Of a DNA stretch of 64,000 bases, positions 39,859 to 53,422 are shown one piece after another (within the stretch, counting starts at the first letter, position 1; each line of letters opens with the position of its first letter). Source of the DNA: Cetorhinus maximus. Taxonomy: Eukaryota. Below the pieces are notes generated by a model. That model had not been told where the DNA came from. It searched no databases and worked only from the letters and a program-made list of their open reading frames with translations. The DNA lies in contig NC_135891.1 in assembly GCF_964194155.1 (NCBI RefSeq), forward strand, positions 103,788,001 to 103,852,000, written 5' to 3'. Made by a program: the position numbers and the translations under genes.

Positions 39859-40332
39859 GGGCAGAATTTCCACCCAATTATAGATGGCGGGTGAGCTCTG
39901 GAAGCTGGAGGGCCAGGAGTAGGGAGCGCACCAGCTCTGAAGGACCTGCAGCCTTCAGTTCGGGTAAGAGGGAGAGAGGGCGCCTCCATTTTGAGGTGCC
40001 CTCTCTGCAACTTTTACGAGTTTTAAATTGAACAACGGCCTCTTCAGCTGCAGCCAGGCAGACAGAGAGGGCCTCATGGCCTGCCTGGAACGCTGGTTCT
40101 ATGGTCTGCCACTAGGAGGCCACCTCCAGGCCACTGGCCTAGTTCCTTCCTGATGCCAAGAGGCATCCACAAGCAAGTGGGCAGATTGGCCTTCCATCAA
40201 TCATTCTGCCTCAGGTCAAACAGCCCAGGGGTGGAATGGTGCTGGCAAAATGCCACATCGGCCAGCAGTGTGAATCTTCATGCCTGCCTACCTCAGTTCT
40301 CACCATCACATATAGGGGCAAAAATCCTGCCC
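39859..40332. mobile_element. Harbinger-like MITE (degenerate)
   Basis: Termini GGGCAGAATTT and AAAATCCTGCCC. Confidence 0.6.
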
Positions 40333-41559
40333 CATCTTTGTTTTCCGATCTTGTGAATGAAGATGGATAGGAGAACAATAGATGATAAGCTGCTGTGACA
40401 TGCATCATTGCCTCAGCAGCCTGGTTAACCCCGGGGATGATTTTACTGACAACAGGTCTCACGTAAGTTGTCCTGTGAAAAGTGGAAACTCCTGAGTTGT
40501 GCCCGGTGCTCTTGATGTGTCAACAATTACTCACAGCCATCTGTCACAACTAAGATCCACATAGACACTAAACTGCTAGGCACAAACCATTGTGAGAATC
40601 CCTTTGGTGGGAGGAAGTTTGCGTGTAACTAAGAGCCAAAACATTTTCTCCAGGCTGAGAGGAAGAGGAAGTGGGTGATGTTAGCATGAAAGTGTCTGCA
40701 GATACACTGTTAGTAGTTACTGGCGGAAATATGAGTGCCCTAGTCCTGGGCAACGCTAATTTAAAACTGCATGACCTCGATTCCATTCTGGCTTAAGGTA
40801 CTTCATAATTAATTCTTATTCAATTTAGAATTGGAGGTGGATCTCCAGTGATCCAGTTGGTAAAGATACAGTTCAGTGTGTGTGAACCCTGTCCCACCTA
40901 GTTTCTCAGTCAGCAGAGCAGGAGGGTGCTGCATTTCTGGACTAGGGGTCCGTGCCTGGTCACTATTCACTCGTGAATGTTGGATGTGTGTTTTTTGCCA
41001 GCCCAATCCATGGCCTGGATTTTCATCCCTGCATCCATATCGGGAACGGAGGCAGGCTGAAAAGAAAATCGGTGTACAGGGTGTACAGTGTACAGTGATG
41101 CAGAAGAGCCAGCCCCAATCCCAGCTTTGCATGTTTTTGTCTGTGTGGGAAACGGGGCTTTGCACTCGAGTTTGGAGAGAAGTCGGAGGAGCCAATACCT
41201 GTGGTGGAAAAAGTTTTCAGAACCTATTTTCCTCGTTCCCGACGCAGCAGTGGAGGACTTCGGATGCACATCGTTAGCGAGGAATTGTGAACACTGTTGG
41301 AGCGTGGGCTAAAGGCATGGAAACTTTATTCAAAGCTTTCCCAAACTATTATTAGTTTGTTAAAGTCACCTAGCTGAACATCACTGTTCAAAGTGCTGGC
41401 CTCACACGCAGAAGGCACTTCCTCCATTGATGTTTTCCTCAGGAACATTCAGGCATGGGAACAAACAAAGCACATAGGTCATTATGTGTGCTCACCTTGT
41501 GTGAAAAGTCACAATCCTTGGGTCCGGTTGTATAATGGGGCGACACTATCAGATGCACT

Positions 41560-41900
41560 GCAGGAACTCACCAAGCCTCCTTAGACAGCACCTTCCAAAC
41601 CCACCACCACTACCATCTAGAAGGACAAGGGCAGCAGACACATGGGGACACCTCCACCTGGAATTTCCCCTCCAAGCCACTCACCATCCTGACTTGGAAA
41701 TATATCGCCATTCCTTCACTGTCGCTGGGTCAAAATCCTGGAACTCCGTCCCTAACAGCACTGTGGGTGTACCTACGCCACATGGACTGCAGCGGTTCAA
41801 GAAGGCAGCTCACCGCCACCTTCTCAAGGGCAATTTGGGATGGGCAATAAATGCTGGCCTAGCCAGCAATGCGGACATCCCATAAATGAATTAAAAAAAT
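41560..41900 (+). mobile_element. 3' end of the 17055-18945 LINE family
   Basis: ORF 41535..41885 SFTVAGSKSWNSVPNSTV..GLQRFKKAAHRHLLKG. Tail GGGCAATAAATGCTGGCC. Confidence 0.88.
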
Positions 41901-43054
41901 GAGTGAGGGGGGGTTGCTGACAACTGGTGCTGGGCTATCTGTGTGCCGGCTGGCTATCTGCCAACATGGCAGGAACGATTAATGAGTGGCCAAGACCAGG
42001 GATCCATTGGACCATGAGGGAGGCAGGAGTTTGACAATGGTGTGAGGAGCCAGGTTGGCTTAGATGTGCCCTGGCTTGACATGTTTGTGTTACACCACTA
42101 GCAACCTGCTGAGGTTAGAGGTCTTACAACTGGAGGCTGCATGGAGAGATCAGACCCTAACGTTTCTGCTCACAATTGCTGCAGAGAGCAGACACTTGAT
42201 AGGACAGGGGTTCAGGTGTCAGCAGTGGGTCAGTGCTGTGTGCAGCAGTCACATGAGAAATGGAGGCATCCAGCAGAGGATTTGCAGCTTTCATGGGGTG
42301 GGCTCACACTGGGCTAACTTTACCACAGTTAAAAACCTATTGGTCATCACATACAGTCAGAAAGTAGTTCACTACTCTCATGACAAGGGTCAGAGATGAC
42401 TTCACGGTACTGGGTCAGCTGTCTTCTCATCAGTCCCACCTCCAACTTTGGCAGCGGGGTAAGGCCTTTATATTTGGGCCACAATGCAGTTTGCACCCCC
42501 CCACCCTCCACACCCCACATCGGGCCAGTTTACAACTCTGGAGCTTTTAGAGTCAGTGAGCCCACCTCCCCAACATAGAAAAAGGGCAGGTGGGCACCTC
42601 CACAACAGGGACGGGGATCACAGGATTGGGAAAATTCCAAACTCCCAATACCTGTCTCAGAGATGAACGTCCAGCCCCAGGTGGTGGAGGATTGTGATCA
42701 GCGACAATGTCCTGTACAGTCAACTAGCCATCCCACAGCGTCATACATGAAGAAATTGATGGAGGTACCATAGGATGGCTGGAATCAGTGCAGATATACT
42801 CTCAGCCCCTTCATGTCAATGCAGGGTACATTCTGTGAGTGCAGAAAGAACATTAGGGGAGAGAAGTACAGGAAGGAGCAAGGGGAAGGAATAGGTGACA
42901 GGAACCAGACCGTACACAGTGGTTAAAGTGGTGGACTAAGACTCTTTAACACAGAATTCCACCATTTTAAAGAAACAGATTCTAATTGTGCTCTAAAAGT
43001 CGCCAGTTAAATTTAAGGCTGCCTAGGCCTGGCTTAAAGGCCCCCTAAAATGAT

Positions 43055-43455
43055 TACACAACCCTTTTCATTTTCTTTACAGCCAATAAAGTCTTTTTTG
43101 AAGTACGGTCACTGTTGTAATGTAGAAAGCACAGCAGCCAATTTACAAACAGCAAACCCCCATAAACAGCAATATGATCATGACCAAATAATCTGTTATT
43201 GTGATTTTGATAGAGGTATAAATATTGGACAGGACACCAGGCATAACTCCCCTCCTCATCTTCAAAATTGGCCCATGGGACCTTTCTCACCCACCCAAGC
43301 AGACAGATGGGGCCTCAGTTTAACATCTCACCTGAAAGGCAGCACCCCCAACAGTGCAGCACTCTCTCCGTACCGACCTTTGACATCAAACCTCCAGAGT
43401 GAGATGAGACTCAGAGGTGAGCACGCTATCCCTTGACCTGAGCCGCAGCTAACAC
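43055..43455 (-). mobile_element. Deu-domain tRNA-SINE
   Basis: Reverse-complement match to 34657-35110. Confidence 0.8.
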
Positions 43456-43456
43456 T

Positions 43457-44714
43457 TAGAATTCTTTGAGGGGGTAACGAGTAGGTTAGACAAAGGAGAG
43501 CCAATGGATCTTACCTACTTGGACTCCCAGAAGGCCTTTGACAAGGTGCCACACAGGAGGCTGCTCAGTAAGATAAGAGCCCACGGTGTTAGAGGCAAAG
43601 TACTAGCATGGATAGAAGATTGGCTGTCTGGCAGGAGGCAGAGAGTGGGGATAAGGGGGTCCTTCTCAGGATGGTGACCGGTGACTAGTGGAGTTCCGCA
43701 GGGGTCAGTGTTGGGACCACAACCTTTCACTTTATACATTAATGATCTAGATGAAGGAACTGAGGGCATCCTGGCCAAGTTTGCAGATGATACAAAGATA
43801 GGTGGAGGGACAGGTAGTATTGAGAAGGCGGGGAGGCTGCAGAAGGATTTGGACAGGTTAGGAGAATGGACAAAGAAGTGGCAGATGGAATACAACGTGG
43901 GGAAGTGTGAGGTCATGCACTTTGGTAGGAAGAATAGAGGCATAGACTATTTTCTAAATGGGGAGAGAATTCAGAAATCTGGAGTGCAAAGGGACTTGGG
44001 AGTCCTAGTCCAGGATTCTCTTAAGGTTAACTTGCAGGTTGAGTCGGTGGTCAGGAAGACAAATGCAATGTTGGCATTTATTTGGAGAGGACTAGAATAT
44101 AAAAGCAGGGATGTGCTGCTGAGGGTTTATAAGGCTCTGGTCAGACCACATTTAGAATATTGTGAGCAATTTTGGGCCCCGTATCTCAGGAAGGATGTGC
44201 TGGCCCTGGAAAGGGTCCAGAGGAGGTTCACGAGAATGATCCCAGGAATGAAAGGCTTAACATATGAGGAATGTTTGAGGACTCTGGATCTATACTCGAT
44301 GGAGTTTAGAAGGATGAGGGGGGATCTGATTGAAACGTACAGAATACTGAAAGGCCTGGATAGAGTGGACGTGGAGAAGATGTTTCCATTAGTAGGAGAG
44401 ACAAGGACCCGAGGGCACAACCTCAGAGTAAAGGGAAGACCTTTTAGAACAGAGATGAGGAGAAACTTCACTAGCCAGAGAGTGGTGAATCTATGGAATT
44501 CATTGCCACAGAAGGCTGTGGAGGCCAGATCATTGCGTGTATTTAAGACCAAGATAGATAGGTTCTTGATTGGTAAGGGGATCAAAGGTTACGGGGAGAA
44601 GGCGGGAGAATGGGGTTGAGAAACTTATCAGCCATGATTGAATGGCGGAGCAGACTCGATGGGCCGAATGGCCTAATTTCTGCTCCTATGTCTTATGGTC
44701 TTATGGTCTTATGG
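43457..44714 (+). mobile_element. Young 5'-truncated CR1 LINE with uninterrupted 312-aa RT C-terminal ORF (43681..44619)
   Basis: TSGVPQGSVLGPQPFTLYINDL..KFADDTK..LVRPHLEYC..RGDLIETYRIL..RVVNLWNSLP. Tail (TCTTATGG)3. Confidence 0.97.
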
Positions 44715-47700
44715 GCTTACATTGTGTCAAAATGGGGCCCTGGATTGTTCGTTGCAAAATTCCAGATTTTTAAAAAAATGAATTCCAATTGTCTCGATGC
44801 ACTAAGAGTTTTTCCGCTATGCTAGAACGCTTGAATTTCTCTCATTGAACGTGGTGGCTGAACATTGGAAAAATTCCAGGAAAGAAGTCATTTTCAAACT
44901 GTCAAGAAACCAGCACCAGCTACCTCCTGAAAAGAGACAACTCTACCGTTCAGGCATGTGTTAATAGTATACAGCAACAAAAACATCTATACCTGTAAAT
45001 CTCAAAAATTCAGAAACCTTATGAAGGTAGGACAGAATTCTAATGGTCCCATGGATCTCCTAGAGTCTCCTTGCAGATCTCATGGAGGAAAGACAGTTCA
45101 TCTGAAAACTCATGCAGTGAGGAAAATATGTTAGTGGGGTTAGGCATTTTTCTCTCAATCGTTCATCTAAAATTAGACATGGGAGGACAATGCAGAAATT
45201 ATAATACCCTACAGGACAGTCTTCCATTATCCTCACTTCCAGCTGGGTCAGATTGATTGCTGCTTGCTGTTCCTGTACGATACCACATTGGATTAGCCAT
45301 AAATCTTCGTGCATTTTTTGTTCATAACCCCAAAACGGCTAAGTGGATCACCTGTCATGTGCAGAAGGCCCCAGGTCTGAACATCAGGCTGTGCTGTTAG
45401 CTGAACTCGCTTAGTTCTGTTTATCGCATGCTGCTTTCACTGTCTGGCACGCACGCAGTCCTGTGTTGTAGCTTCACCAGGTTGACGCCACATTTTTAGG
45501 TATGCCCGGTGCTGCTCCTGACATGCCCTCCTGAAATCTTCATTGAACCAATTACTGCAAGTGTTAATCTAGTTATGTTTACACCGGTTAATAGGATGAA
45601 TATGAATAGAGAGGAGTTTATTCTGTGGACAATAATGCTGGGCAGAAAATAAAACTCATTGATTGCTAAATATAACACACTGAATGTGACTAATCGTAGA
45701 CTGGATGAAATACAGCTAAGGAGTACCCAGCTGATGATCATGGGATTTGTGGTCAATCTTGGCTCGTTATGTAATCACAAAGTAGCCACAGTCGCGCTGG
45801 TGCAGTTTTCTTGCTGCACCAGTGTATCGATGAATGCATAGACGTAACAAGTCCTGATTTATGGAAGTATCCCATCGTGTGACGTAAGGCTGCAAAACCC
45901 ATGAGTTTCACATGTACAGGAAACTTGTGATTATCTACGTCATAAGTGTACCCATTTTATATAACACTCCATGGAATGTTTATTCTGTTCATGCGCACCT
46001 GTCTAGGAGAGAATATTTTGATTCGTTTTTCACCAGTGATGCGGTCTGTCAACTTGTCCTGAGCGTTAGCATGAGCTGAACCATATGAAGCAGGTCCTTT
46101 GGATAGCCTCTTCTGAAAGGTCACGCCTGAGCAAGGAGACTGGGCAGTATTGTTCTTTTCAAAGTGGCTTTTCTTTGGGGTACTTGTCAAGCCCTGGACC
46201 CCTTCCTAGTGGGCCCCACGTCTCCCCTTGCGGAAGCCGGTACCCCCCGTTACCAGCCTCCTGGCTGATACACCTGGCCCTGACTGAGGCTACGGACGCG
46301 GGGACAGAGGCTCCAGCGCTTACAGGGTAACCAGAAACGACCCCCCCCCAGAAATGGGGCCTCCACCTGTTTCCAGCCTGAATCATGGGGGGACGTCAGT
46401 GCCAGTTCTGAGTAACTTTGGGACCCAGGTCAGTATGTGACATGGTGCAGCGCCACTGCCAAGTAAGGAATTCAGTTTTTAACCCAGGCATCTGAGATGA
46501 TTTAAACTCGCCATTCACACAACCTTTTTAGTGGGGCATTAGTGGGGAAAACCATTGAGAGTAACTGACAAAGGCCACACGCTCTGATTCAGGCCTAAGG
46601 CCTTGATTCAATCTCCCTCATCTCACAGCAAAGGGGAGCTTTCTAAAGGTTGTTTATATTTCTAACAAAACCATCCTGCAAACAAATCCAGCTTTAGCTT
46701 GACACATTAGAGGCACTCTCCACCACCACAGACACCAATTACTGACATATTACACAGCCAACGTTTTTTAAATGAATCAAGAAATGTACACAAAATATAT
46801 TTGTTTAAAATAAGAGTGTTAATATATTCCCTTTCTGTTACTTTTTAAAAATCCATTAATTCATTTAAAATAAATAGGCTAATGCCTCTGTTAATATACA
46901 AAGGATTTATTTTTTATAAATGTTTTTACACTAATTTCCAGCTGAATTTCAAAGCCTTTTTTTTAAAAGCCTAATCATCTTTAAAAGGATCATTTTTCAT
47001 AGATCTGAACTTTTGAGTGGAGAATAAATGATAATAGGCTGTCTGAAATAAATATTTGACATTTTTTGCTTAATTATGAACTTAAATATCTTGGGCGGCG
47101 TGTATTGCGTTTTGAAATATAAAAGACAAAATCGTTTTAACAAATAGTGCTACCCGAAATCATTGGGGTTAAGCATTTTCTCAGTTTTGAAAAAAATTGC
47201 TATTGAAAATTGCGAGGGATTCAATTAGTGCAGATTAAATGCAATGAAAGTTCCAAATAGAACCAGCGGGAAAAGCAGTAGCAAAAGGTCACACTTCAGA
47301 GTCCTGAATAATTGATGCCCCCTTGTGGAAAGAAGGTGTTTTGAAAAGCTGTAAAAAAAAAAATTAGTGAAGTGACTGGGAGGTAAAGTGGGACCTGTGA
47401 TCACTTCACAAGATAACTCCGGGTGAGGGAGGTTTTTCAGCACACTCTCGATTACCCACCCAAATAAAAACCTTGCGGCACACTAACCAATTGCATCTTG
47501 CTCAGGGCAAGCTTTTTGCCCAAGATCTTTGTCTCCACTAGCATTCTAAATATCGAGCACTCTTTTGAGGGAATTAATTCTTCCTGACATAGGTATTAAA
47601 TTGTTTTTTCTTCACTTTTATCTCCCCCGAGTACCAGTGTCTCAGTGTGCTTTGAAATAGTGAAATGAAATGACTTTTACCATCTTATAAACTATACTCA

Positions 47701-48169
47701 TAAATTTAGCTCCTTAAAGAGCCCCTGGTTTATTTAGTCTTTCCCTGTAACTCAGTTCTTTGGTGCCTCGACTTTGCCTTTGTGGCTGTTCTCTTGCATC
47801 ATCACCCTGGCTTAGTGACTAAAATTGAATATGGTGCTCATCATCTGACCAGGACAAGGTACAGTTTTAGTATCTCATTTTCCAACTTACACTCTACTTG
47901 TCCAGCAATGAAGTGTGATGGACTATCCATTGTGTTTATTGCACACATGGTGACCTGAAATTAAGAGATAACTGTACAATCAGCCCCAGAACTTTTTCGG
48001 CTTCACCGTTAGCTGTTTCTGTACTAGCCCAGCAGACAACACTTATGACATATTCCCTTAACATGTAAATCCCTTAAGCTTGACTGTATTGAGATATAGA
48101 TCTTTTTTCTTTAACTTTGAACAGAACAAAAGGAAACTTATAAAACTAAGTTATAATGTTATTCCTGTT

Positions 48170-48450
48170 ATCCACAAAAGAATCCAGTCTTTGTGGTGCT
48201 CACCGGTCCTGGAAAGCCTCAAGCAAACAGGCGGACTCTGCATGTTCCTCCTCTAGGCTCACCCCGGGCATGGACGACACTGTGGATGACCACAGGTAGA
48301 CAGAGCGATATCTTCCCTGGACCATCCTGAACGCATGGATGGCCACCTTGGCCCAGGAGCAGAGCCAGAAGGAGGTCCTCCTTCTTCTGGGGAGAGTGCA
48401 TTGGAGAGCCCGCACTCTCTCCAATGGATGGCCAAAGATCAGCTCTTTTA
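48170..48450 (-). mobile_element. Tx1/L1-clade LINE 3' fragment inside a degenerate CR1 (about 47700-48790)
   Basis: LIFGHP..EDLLLALLLG..AKVAIH across ORFs 48200..48481 and 48219..48401 resembles Tx1 ORF2 C-termini. Confidence 0.6.
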
Positions 48451-48917
48451 GCAGGTTCTCAGCTGCTTTGTCAAACTCCACCTCTTCACCAGCTCAGTAA
48501 TATCTGCAAATTTGACCACTTTGGCTTTTTGACTCCCAAGTCATTAATATATATTATGACTACAGGGCTCCAGAACTTAGTACTTGCCTCAAATGCATTC
48601 TAATTTCAGCCAATTCCTGTTCCATGACCATTGCTTTAGGTAATAATGGCAGTCTTTCTTGAAGAACTTTTATCAAATGGTTTTTGGAAATCTAAGTACA
48701 CAATAGCATCTGATTTTTGTTATCATCCACTCTGGATGTCACTTCTTCAAAAAATAAATCATGGCAGTTGGTTAGTCAGGATTTTCTCCTTCACCAACGC
48801 TCTGCTAAAATAAATGACAACACTGGAAACACATTCATGTTCAGAATCTTAGGGTTACGTTGCCATGGCCACACATGTTTAAGGATCGCACTCGAGATCT
48901 CTTCAAGAAGTACATAT

Positions 48918-51376
48918 CGCTTTAGATCGCAGCATATAAATACGCCTTTGAAGCGCAAAAAACCCCTCCAAAAAACGGGGGTCAACTTATACACCGAGTA
49001 TAAAACGTGAACTGCAAGTGTTGGTGCAGGCGGTCGCCATTTTGAAATATGAAAAAAACATAACACTGGTAATTCAAATTCAATCAACGTTGAATAAATT
49101 AATTCTACAAGAATACCTTTAACCACAATCATCAAATGCACTGTCTTCGGTATCCAACACAAAGAGCTCTTCAAATTCATTCTGAGTCACTTTGGCGATG
49201 GCATCATCATAAGGATACCATGCTGGATCAGATTTGGCACTCTTGGTTTCAGGATCATCCCTCCACAACAAATCATCTTCCTCTCCATCCATTGAATTGG
49301 ATAGTCTGCATGTTTTAATGCTCTGCTGACAATTTGTGCATTAATAGCATTCCACAATTTGATGATGCAACCACACAAAACATCAAGCAAAGTAGCGTGT
49401 GTATTTCCTCTCTTTGTGAAGGTTTTTTCTCCATCAGCCATCCATTCGGTGTGAACGTGATCCTTGAGTGGCTTGTTGAGGCAGGGATCCAAAGGTTGAA
49501 GTGTGGAACTTAGTCTGCCTGGGATAATTGCAATGTGGGTGGGAATTCTTTTCAGGGACCTCGTGATCTCATTGGTTTATATGGGATCTGAACATGTCCC
49601 ACATTAATAAGCTGTGTCCTCTGCATAGGCCACCGGGACACCTATTCAACACATTATCAATCCACAACTTCAGTTCATCCTCCTCCATCCAACCGCTGTC
49701 ATGGACATGCACAAAAACTCCTGCCGGGAACTTGATTTTCAACATGGGAAAGAATTTTCCCCCCATCGGGAGGGGAGTGTAGGAGCGGGTGCATGCAAGC
49801 GTGCCTCCGATTGGTGCCCCCAGTCGGGGTGCGCCGCCATTTTATGTGGGCGGGCCAATTAAGGCCCGCCCAGCGTGACGACCGCCAGGAGGCGCTATGC
49901 GTTCCCTGTGCAGTCGGTGTGGGGGGGGGGGGGGGGGGGAGTTCCTTCAGCCAGGAGTGCGCTCTTTCATGCATGCACGTGGAAGAGTGCACTCATCCCC
50001 CTGAGGCTAAGTGCTGCCTCAGGGAGATCGGCTCCAAATGTAAAAATGGTAAAGGTGCAAAAACGAAATTTTCCAGACCTGTCCCCTCATGTGACACCAT
50101 CGCATGGGTTGGGACGTGTCCATCACTTTAAATCAAGCATTCATTAAATTTTTAAAAACCCTCATAAAACCTCATCCCGCCCGTGGATGAGGTTTCGTGC
50201 TTTTTCTGAAGCCCGCCAGGGCTCCCGGCCTGCCCGACAACCTTAAGGTTGGACAGGCAGGTCCATTAATGAGGTTAATGACTTTGTCAATGGCCTCACT
50301 AGGCCGTTGATAGGTCGGTGGGCGCACAACTGATTCGGCTGCGCCCCTGCCGACCTGGAAATTGAAATGATGCGGGAGTTCCGCCCAACGTTATCCTGCG
50401 TCATTTTACGCGTCGGCGAGCAGGCCCCGCCCCCCCGCTCACCGACCTAACGATCCTGGCCCATGGGGTTTTACGTTTGAAAATTACCATAGTTTTTAAT
50501 TTTGTTCTGTCGGCCATACAGGCCAGGCCAACACCAACATGAATCTCATCTTCTCTTGTTCTGTGGTTTTCACTAGAACTGTTTTTAAACCTTTCCACTT
50601 CTGAGCGTATCAATATTCATGTTGCCTGTGTTACATAATGGGTACTTGTGTTCTTGCCCTTGTCTGATAATCAATCGCTGGAAACTGGTAATTTTGGCAT
50701 TTGGTAGCCTGAGTGATATTTTTGGACATTTGCCACAAGACCACATCAATTAGTTTTTGCTCTAAAATCTTTGCTGGACTCTTCATTTCAGTTGGCCCGC
50801 TTAAGTGTGTATGTACCTACTACGTTTCTGGTGATGATGTAACCATTCTGACGATTTTCGAGGACTCATTCTGATATGTGCTTCTCAAGATCAGGCCAGT
50901 GGCTGGTTCCCGTTCTCATAGCGCATTTGGGCCTTGGCCATCTTCTTCAGGACAGATTCCTTCTTCTTCCATTCTCACACCAGCTTTTCACGAACACCCA
51001 ATTCCCTCGCTGCAGCACAGATATTCGCTGAGTTAGCAAATGTTACAGCTTTTAGCTTGAAACCAGCTTTGTACTTCATCCTTTTTGCCAGAGGAACCAT
51101 TCCAGTTTGTCGTTCTTCATGTGCAGTCTCCTCTATGTGGGCCTGCCTTAAACACCCGTGCATCTTCTTGGCAACACGGCCTGCATTGCCTGCATGATCC
51201 CATGTACCAGCTGACTAAAACATGCATTGCTCAGGCGAAAAATTGAGACCAGCTCCTAATGTGAGTATAGCTTGTCTTAGTAGAAAAAGGGGTCAACGAA
51301 TGTGCCAAGTGTAGGCCTAAATATGATTTTTGGCGCCAAAAAAATGGGGTCACCTTATACGCCATGATCTACAGTA
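48918..51376 (-). mobile_element. pogo-superfamily (Passer/POGK-like, DD35D) DNA transposon relic, split by a MITE
   Basis: Brinker-type DBD KYKAGFKLKAVTFANSANICAAARELGVREKLV (50975..51163). DDE_1 pieces KLKTMVIFKRKT, FPAGVFVHVHDSGWM..LLMWDMFRSH and LQPLDPCLNKPLK. Degenerate TIRs TAGATCGCAGCATATAA and reverse-complement TAGATCATGGCGTATAA. Confidence 0.9.
49747..50462 (-). mobile_element. Harbinger-like MITE inserted in the pogo transposase, TSD ATG
   Basis: ATG|GGAAAGAATTTT ... GATCCTGGCCC|ATG. The host reading KRKT..M..KIKFPAG continues across the insert. Confidence 0.85.
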
Positions 51377-51499
51377 ACTACAGTCTTTTGTAGAACTCTT
51401 TGCATTTGTAATAGCGTCAAATAACTTAGACAGAACAAGAATGTGTCACGATGCTTTAATGTTGCTGCACAGGCAATTTGGAGAACAACACTGTAGCGG

Positions 51500-52075
51500 A
51501 ACCACATGGGGCGGGGGTGGGGGTGAGCATGCAGGCGGGTGGGCACACCATTTGCGGGCATGCCGGCTTGCCAGCTTCACACCCCCCCACCAGAACATTT
51601 TCCCCGAGGCATGATGGGGTGGGAGTGGCAGGGCTACCCCCACCAGCAAGCGGCTGGTAGCTAGCTAAAGAGTATTTAAAGTTCTATAAGGCCTGTTGTC
51701 AGAAGCCGACTGGGATTTTCCCCGGTCCCTGAGGCTTTGGGGCCTAGGCCAGCTGCCTCAAGGCAGCCTCCCGGCAGCAGAATGGGAAGGGAACCAGCAC
51801 TCAGGCTTTGAGGTACCTCCCCACCTGCCTGGTTACAGCTGTGGCCACAGGCTGCCCCTGTGGAGGGGTTCCCTCCATTTTGGGACACCCCTTCTTTCTG
51901 TTACCTGAAGATTGGCCCTCCAGCTTTGAGAGCCCACCCACCATCCTTAAGTGGATGGCGAGCACGCCCTCTGGCAATTTGGGGAAAATCACTGCTGGGT
52001 GACTGTTTCCAACACAGTGACCCCCTATTTGACCCTGATGTCGGAGTCTCAAAGCCTGTGGGGGAAATCTTGCCC
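51500..52075. mobile_element. GC-rich MITE-like element (degenerate)
   Basis: Right terminus GGGGAAATCTTGCCC. Left end unclear. Confidence 0.5.
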
Positions 52076-52994
52076 ATGATCCATGAGCTCTGTTATTTCA
52101 TCTTGCAGTGTGTCATTCATTGTCACTGCAACAGTTAAAGAGGCAGAGGGACTGGGGGGCTTTGTTCTGTGACAAAAATGACTAAATCCCAGATGTAAGG
52201 TGCCATTGGAGGTGCCGAGCTTGTGCAGTTTATACTGAGAAGGTTGTGTTGGCAGCAGAAATAGTGTAGAATTGTTAGCAACGGTGAATTGCCGGTGGAG
52301 AGATAGGGTTCATTACAGAGCAAAATGAAAACAGAGAATGCCTGTAAACTAACAAGTCTACCAGCAATCTGTAAGAATAAAAGACAGGTAAATGTCTAAA
52401 GTGTTGATCCTTTTTATGGTCACCTTCCTTAAAAATAAACTTTTTTTCCCTCGTGCTTCTGTTTAGTAGGTTTTTCTACATTAAACCTGTTATATAATTG
52501 GAAGCTTTTGTTACTATTAGAACTGAATGGATCTACACCCGAAATGTTAATCTGTCTTTTCCCTTTGGGGAGGTTTATGGACCTACTGCCTATTTGTGGC
52601 ACTTAGCATTTTAACACAGATTTCCCAATTTTGCACTTTTTATTTCGTCGTATCTCACGGTGGAGTGGTCCACCCATGAAGTGGTGTGTGAAGTTTCAGA
52701 TCTGTTCTGGTCAATGGAACTGTTGAAGCAGAGCTCATGGTGGTTTGGCCCAAGCCCAGTTTGTGTTTTATACACACAGATTACACACAGAGTATCACTG
52801 CCTCCAAATGCCAGCCACACCAGCCGGATACAGATTCAGCTTGTTCTGTGCTACTCCAACGTTGCTGTGTTTTGAAGCTAGGTATGCTTTTAGTAAAAGT
52901 TACATGAGTAGCTTATTATTTCCTGGAAAGACTATGAGAAATGTATAAAACATGCTACGCATTCCATGAACCCATTTCTTTCACAAATTAAAAA

Positions 52995-53422
52995 AAAAGA
53001 CTTGCAATTATATAGCACGTTTCAAGACCGCCGGATGTCTCAAAGTTCTTTACAACCAACAAAGTATTTTTGAGGTGTTGTAACTATTGCAATGTAGGAA
53101 ACACCGCAGCCAATTTGCACACAGCAAGCTCCCATAAACAGCAATGTGATAATGATCATATAATCTTTTTTTAGGATTTTCTAGGATACCAGGGATAATA
53201 ATTCACCTGCTCTTCTTTGAAACAGTGCAATGGGATCTTTTACATCCACTCAAATAAGCACATAGGGCCTCACTTTAACATTTCATTTAACATTTCATCC
53301 AACAGCACCTCTGACAGTGTAACACTGGAGTGTCAGCCTTGATTGTTTTGTGTTCAAACCCTGGAGTGGGGTCTTGAATCCAGAACCCTGTGACTCAGAG
53401 GCAAGGGTGCTACCAACTGACA
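52995..53422 (-). mobile_element. Deu-domain tRNA-SINE
   Basis: Reverse-complement match from the tail GACTTGCAATTATATAGCAC to the head GTGCTACCAACTGA. Confidence 0.85.

Noticed and set aside
40809-41312. Several overlapping ORFs of 74-133 aa
   Set aside because: No homology recognised. ORFs on both strands suggest stop-poor non-coding DNA.
43515-44585. Long minus-strand ORFs (142 aa and 152 aa)
   Set aside because: Antisense shadows of the CR1 RT frame.
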